From Somniosus microcephalus (taxonomy: Eukaryota): a stretch of DNA of 64,000 nt. Shown here piece by piece: positions 61,112-64,000 of this stretch (positions within the stretch are counted from its first letter, which is position 1; each line of letters begins with the position of its first letter). The DNA lies in assembly GCA_052327205.1 (NCBI GenBank), contig CM126221.1:77562001-77626000 (forward strand), read 5' to 3'. Position numbers and translations under genes: made by a program. The notes beneath the pieces were generated by a model that saw nothing but the letters and a program-made list of their open reading frames with translations, searched no databases and had not been told where the DNA came from.

Positions 61112-61371
61112 CTATCTTCTATGTTTCTATGTTTCTATACTGAATTTTTCCCCCAAAGTGATTAAACGAGGTGAGTGAAATAAGAAACAAGAGAGAAAAA
61201 CATCAGAGCCGAAGGACAGGCTAGGCCCAAATAAGCGTTCTTTATACAAACGCACGGAGTGTATGGAATAAATTGAATGAACTGCAGGCACAAATTCAAC
61301 TTGAAGGGTATGACATGGTGGCCATTACTGAGACATGGCCGCAAAATGGTCAGGATTGGGAACTAAATATA

Positions 61372-61705
61372 CAGGAAACTTTTTTTTATCCGGCACCGAC
61401 TGGACCGGCGTGGTGCCGGTTTATCAAAAAGTCCGGATTACAGAGAGGTATAGTAAAAGGTACGAGAGCCCCGTACACAGCAACAAATCCAGGCTTCCCT
61501 GTTGCTTCGCAACAGGTGCAGGAACCCCGGCCGCAGACCAAGCTTACCTGTTGCTTAGCAACACATGCAGGAACCCCGGTTACACAGCCACAGATCCAGG
61601 AACGGCCACTAATATGAAGTAAAACTTACCTGAACCTACTCCTGAATTTTGCCGGTTAACAGAGATTTCCGGTTATTTAGGTGCCGGTAAATCGAGAGTT
61701 TCCTG
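61372..61705. mobile_element. Tc1/mariner (Tigger/pogo-like) MITE
   Basis: TA TSD; TIR CAGGAAACT..CCGGCAC; removing it restores LNIPGYK in the host CR1. Confidence 0.85.
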
Positions 61706-61807
61706 TACCAGGTTATAAGGTCTACAGGAATCATTGGGGGAAATGGCAGAGGGGGAGGAGTAGCCTTAGTGATTAAGGATGAAATCACTTCAATGATAAG
61801 AGAGATT

Positions 61808-62494
61808 GGCCTAGAAATTCGGTTTTGGCGCAGCGAGGGCTTTAGCGCCGGAAGTTAGTGCCGGCGCTAAGTCCCCCTGCGCGCGCCAAAAATTCAGTAG
61901 CGCCGCACCCAAACGGCTGCCGGCGCTACTGAGGGGTCTCAGCGCCTCAAGACTGGCGCCACGCGCCGCATTGTGGCGCTATTCCGGCGCTGCGGCGCCC
62001 GCTGCGGTGCGGCAGGCTCGGGAAGTGCAGGCCTCCTCCTTCCGTTAAGGAGGAGCTGCTTGCACCCGGCCGCGGCCCGCGATAATCTTTTTTAAAATGA
62101 GCCCGGCACCTCGGACAAGTGCCGGGCTTGCTTCTGTTCCGGGGGGGGGGCGGGGGGAAGTCCGGGGAGGGAGCTGCGGCCAGGCGGCCGGCGGGAAAGC
62201 GGCCGGCCGCCGCGGGGCCTTTAATGCACCGGCGCAAAGTTCCGTAAGGCACCTCTGCCAGAACGTTGCTTGCGGCTGCCACGGGCGAGGCGGCCGCAAC
62301 TCAATTTCCGAGTTCGGGCGGGTTACCATGGCAACCGGGACACTGCGCACACCGATGACGTCATCGGTGCCGGCGCAGCGCTACCGGCCTAACGCCGATT
62401 TAGGGCCCCTGTCAATTTCTAAACTGGCCATAACTTCGGCGCTAGGCCCTCTAGCGCCTCAAAAGCGGCGCTAAGGCCAGTGAATTTCTAGGCC
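61808..62494. mobile_element. CpG-rich MITE family D
   Basis: Perfect 13-bp TIR GGCCTAGAAATTC; interrupts the CR1. Confidence 0.85.
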
Positions 62495-62938
62495 GATATA
62501 ACGAGAGGTAGGCAGACAGTGGAGACTTTATGGGTAGAATTAAGAAATAGGAAAGGATTTAAGACTGTAGTGGGAGTTGTGTATCGGCCCCCTGGCAGCA
62601 GCTGTGAAGTGCTAGATTGTATAAATGCAGAGATTAGACAAGCATGTAGTAAAGGTAGAGTGGTTTTAATGGGGGATTTTACCTTTCATGTAGATTGGGA
62701 TAAGCAGACTAGCACCTATCAGAAAGGTAGTGAATTTTTTAAGTGTGTCCAGGATAGTTTTCCACAACAATATGTCCTAGAGGCAACAAAGGGGGCTTGC
62801 CATATTAGAGTTAATAATGAGTAATGAGCCAGATTTATTTAACAGCCTAACTGTGTGTGAACATTTATCCGATAGCGATCATAACATGATCGGGTTCAAC
62901 ATAGCGTTTGAAAGGGAGAAACACGAAACAGCTACAAA

Positions 62939-64000
62939 GGCCAGAGTTTTGCCAGCACTCAGAGGGCGGGTTCAGAGGTGGGTCCACTGTCAAAATCAAA
63001 AAGATTGACAGCAGGTCGATATCCCGCTGTCAATCCGCCTCCATGTCAGTTTCACAAGTGTCGGGTCTGTCATCCCTGAACAGACCCGACACAAAGCGAC
63101 GGGTCTGCCAATTCAGATACTTAAAAGCTTGTTAAAAAGGTTACTGAAGCAGCATTTTACTGTGTACTTACCATTTTGCCAGCTTTTTCACAAGGTTCCT
63201 GGCGTGCGGGGGATCACGTCAGGTAAGTGTGTCGGGTTCTCTGTGACTCTCCGTTGCTGTGAATAGGTGACAGCTGCAAAAGTGGTATAAAAGCTACCAT
63301 GTCACAGCTGTTTACTTTCCAATCTTAGAAGCTGGAGCTTTCAGGGTTTGGAAAACACTTTTGAGCTTTATGCACTTTGGAAGTGTTTGGAGTAACCTCT
63401 CTATCCACTGTCATCCCTTTGGAACAACTCATCTCACCATTGACAGATCACTTCTGTCATCTCAACTTCAGTTGCCTTATATAACATCACAATTTGGCAC
63501 GATTTATGCTCTCTCATCCTGGTCCTCCGAATCTGATGACGATCAGCCACACCAGCAGCAGCAACAAGAGCACCAACCTTCTCCGGAACCACCCGATGCT
63601 GCACAGGGCAGAGGGCAGAGGGCAGAGGGCATCAGCGCAGGGCTGCACCATGCCAGAGGCAATACCCCCAAGACAGGGTATACAGGCAGAGGATGAGCTT
63701 CCTCAACATGACGGAGCAACAGTGCCAAAGGAGGCTCAGGCTATCGTGCCAGGTCGTCGCAGACATTTACGGATTGCTGGAGCAAGACCTGCAGCCCAGA
63801 GGAAGGGTGAACACGCCTTACCAGTGGCTGTCAAAGTCACCCTTGCCCTCAACTTCTTCACCTCAGACTCCTTCCAGGCATCTGCAGCAGGCATTTCCGC
63901 CATCTCGCAGTCGGCCGCCCACAGATGCATCACACAGGTCACTGATGCCCTCTTTAACAATTCCACAAATTATATCCACTTTGCAAGTGATGAAGGCAGT
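62939..64000 (+). mobile_element. Harbinger transposon, transposase end, runs off the window
   Basis: Starts GGCCAGAGTTTTGCC; homologous to the reverse complement of 32500-33160. Confidence 0.8.
63660..64000 (+). pseudogene. Harbinger (HARBI1-like) transposase N-terminal part, frameshifted
   Basis: [24 protein letters not shown]..(fs)..[39 protein letters not shown]. Confidence 0.85.

Larger units (their letters stand above)
57906..61138 (+). mobile_element. CR1, 5'-truncated (57906-59201 plus tail 61112-61138)
   Basis: RT motifs with stops at 58185 and 58500; tail CTATCTTCTATGTTTCTATGTTTCTAT displaced by the nested copy. Confidence 0.93.
57267..61154 (-). mobile_element. MITE family A (57267-57906 plus 61139-61154), split by two CR1s
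   Basis: Reverse complement of 45071-45747; the last 16 nt of its terminus reappear after the CR1 tail. Confidence 0.88.
61230..62938 (+). mobile_element. Older CR1, ORF2 endonuclease region, interrupted by three DNA elements
   Basis: LYTNARS..AITETW..LNIPGY, GVVYRPP, LMGDF, SDHN. Confidence 0.85.

Noticed and set aside
63660-64000. Domesticated host gene HARBI1 (and NAIF1 at 31505)
   Set aside because: Frameshifted, inside TIR-bounded elements, and partly duplicated in the window, so these are transposon copies.

Overview
Eukaryotic DNA made almost entirely of transposable elements. The mix of Deu-domain tRNA-SINEs, CR1, L2, RTE, Penelope and GC-rich Harbinger-type MITEs suggests a cartilaginous fish (inference). 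I recognise no host protein-coding exon. Main contents: (1) two related, near-complete Mag-like Gypsy LTR retrotransposons in opposite orientation (21395-26374 +, 36984-42116 -); (2) a full-length RTE LINE (34016-43117, 11-bp TSD) split by the second Gypsy exactly at its YADD motif; (3) many 5'-truncated CR1 copies, two of which form a ~1.3-kb-arm palindrome (57906-60524); (4) a ~42 x 41-bp minisatellite derived from a CR1 3' tail; (5) Harbinger derivatives with Myb and transposase remnants, plus several MITE families; (6) Penelope ends carrying minimal hammerhead motifs; (7) several solo LTRs, one nested inside another. The most interesting signal is at the exact 5' end of the RTE. It folds by eye into an HDV-like double-pseudoknot ribozyme with unusual P1/P1.1 pairs and a ~90-nt P4 domain containing a canonical kink-turn. 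All folds and alignments were done by eye, and the boundaries of degraded repeats are approximate.
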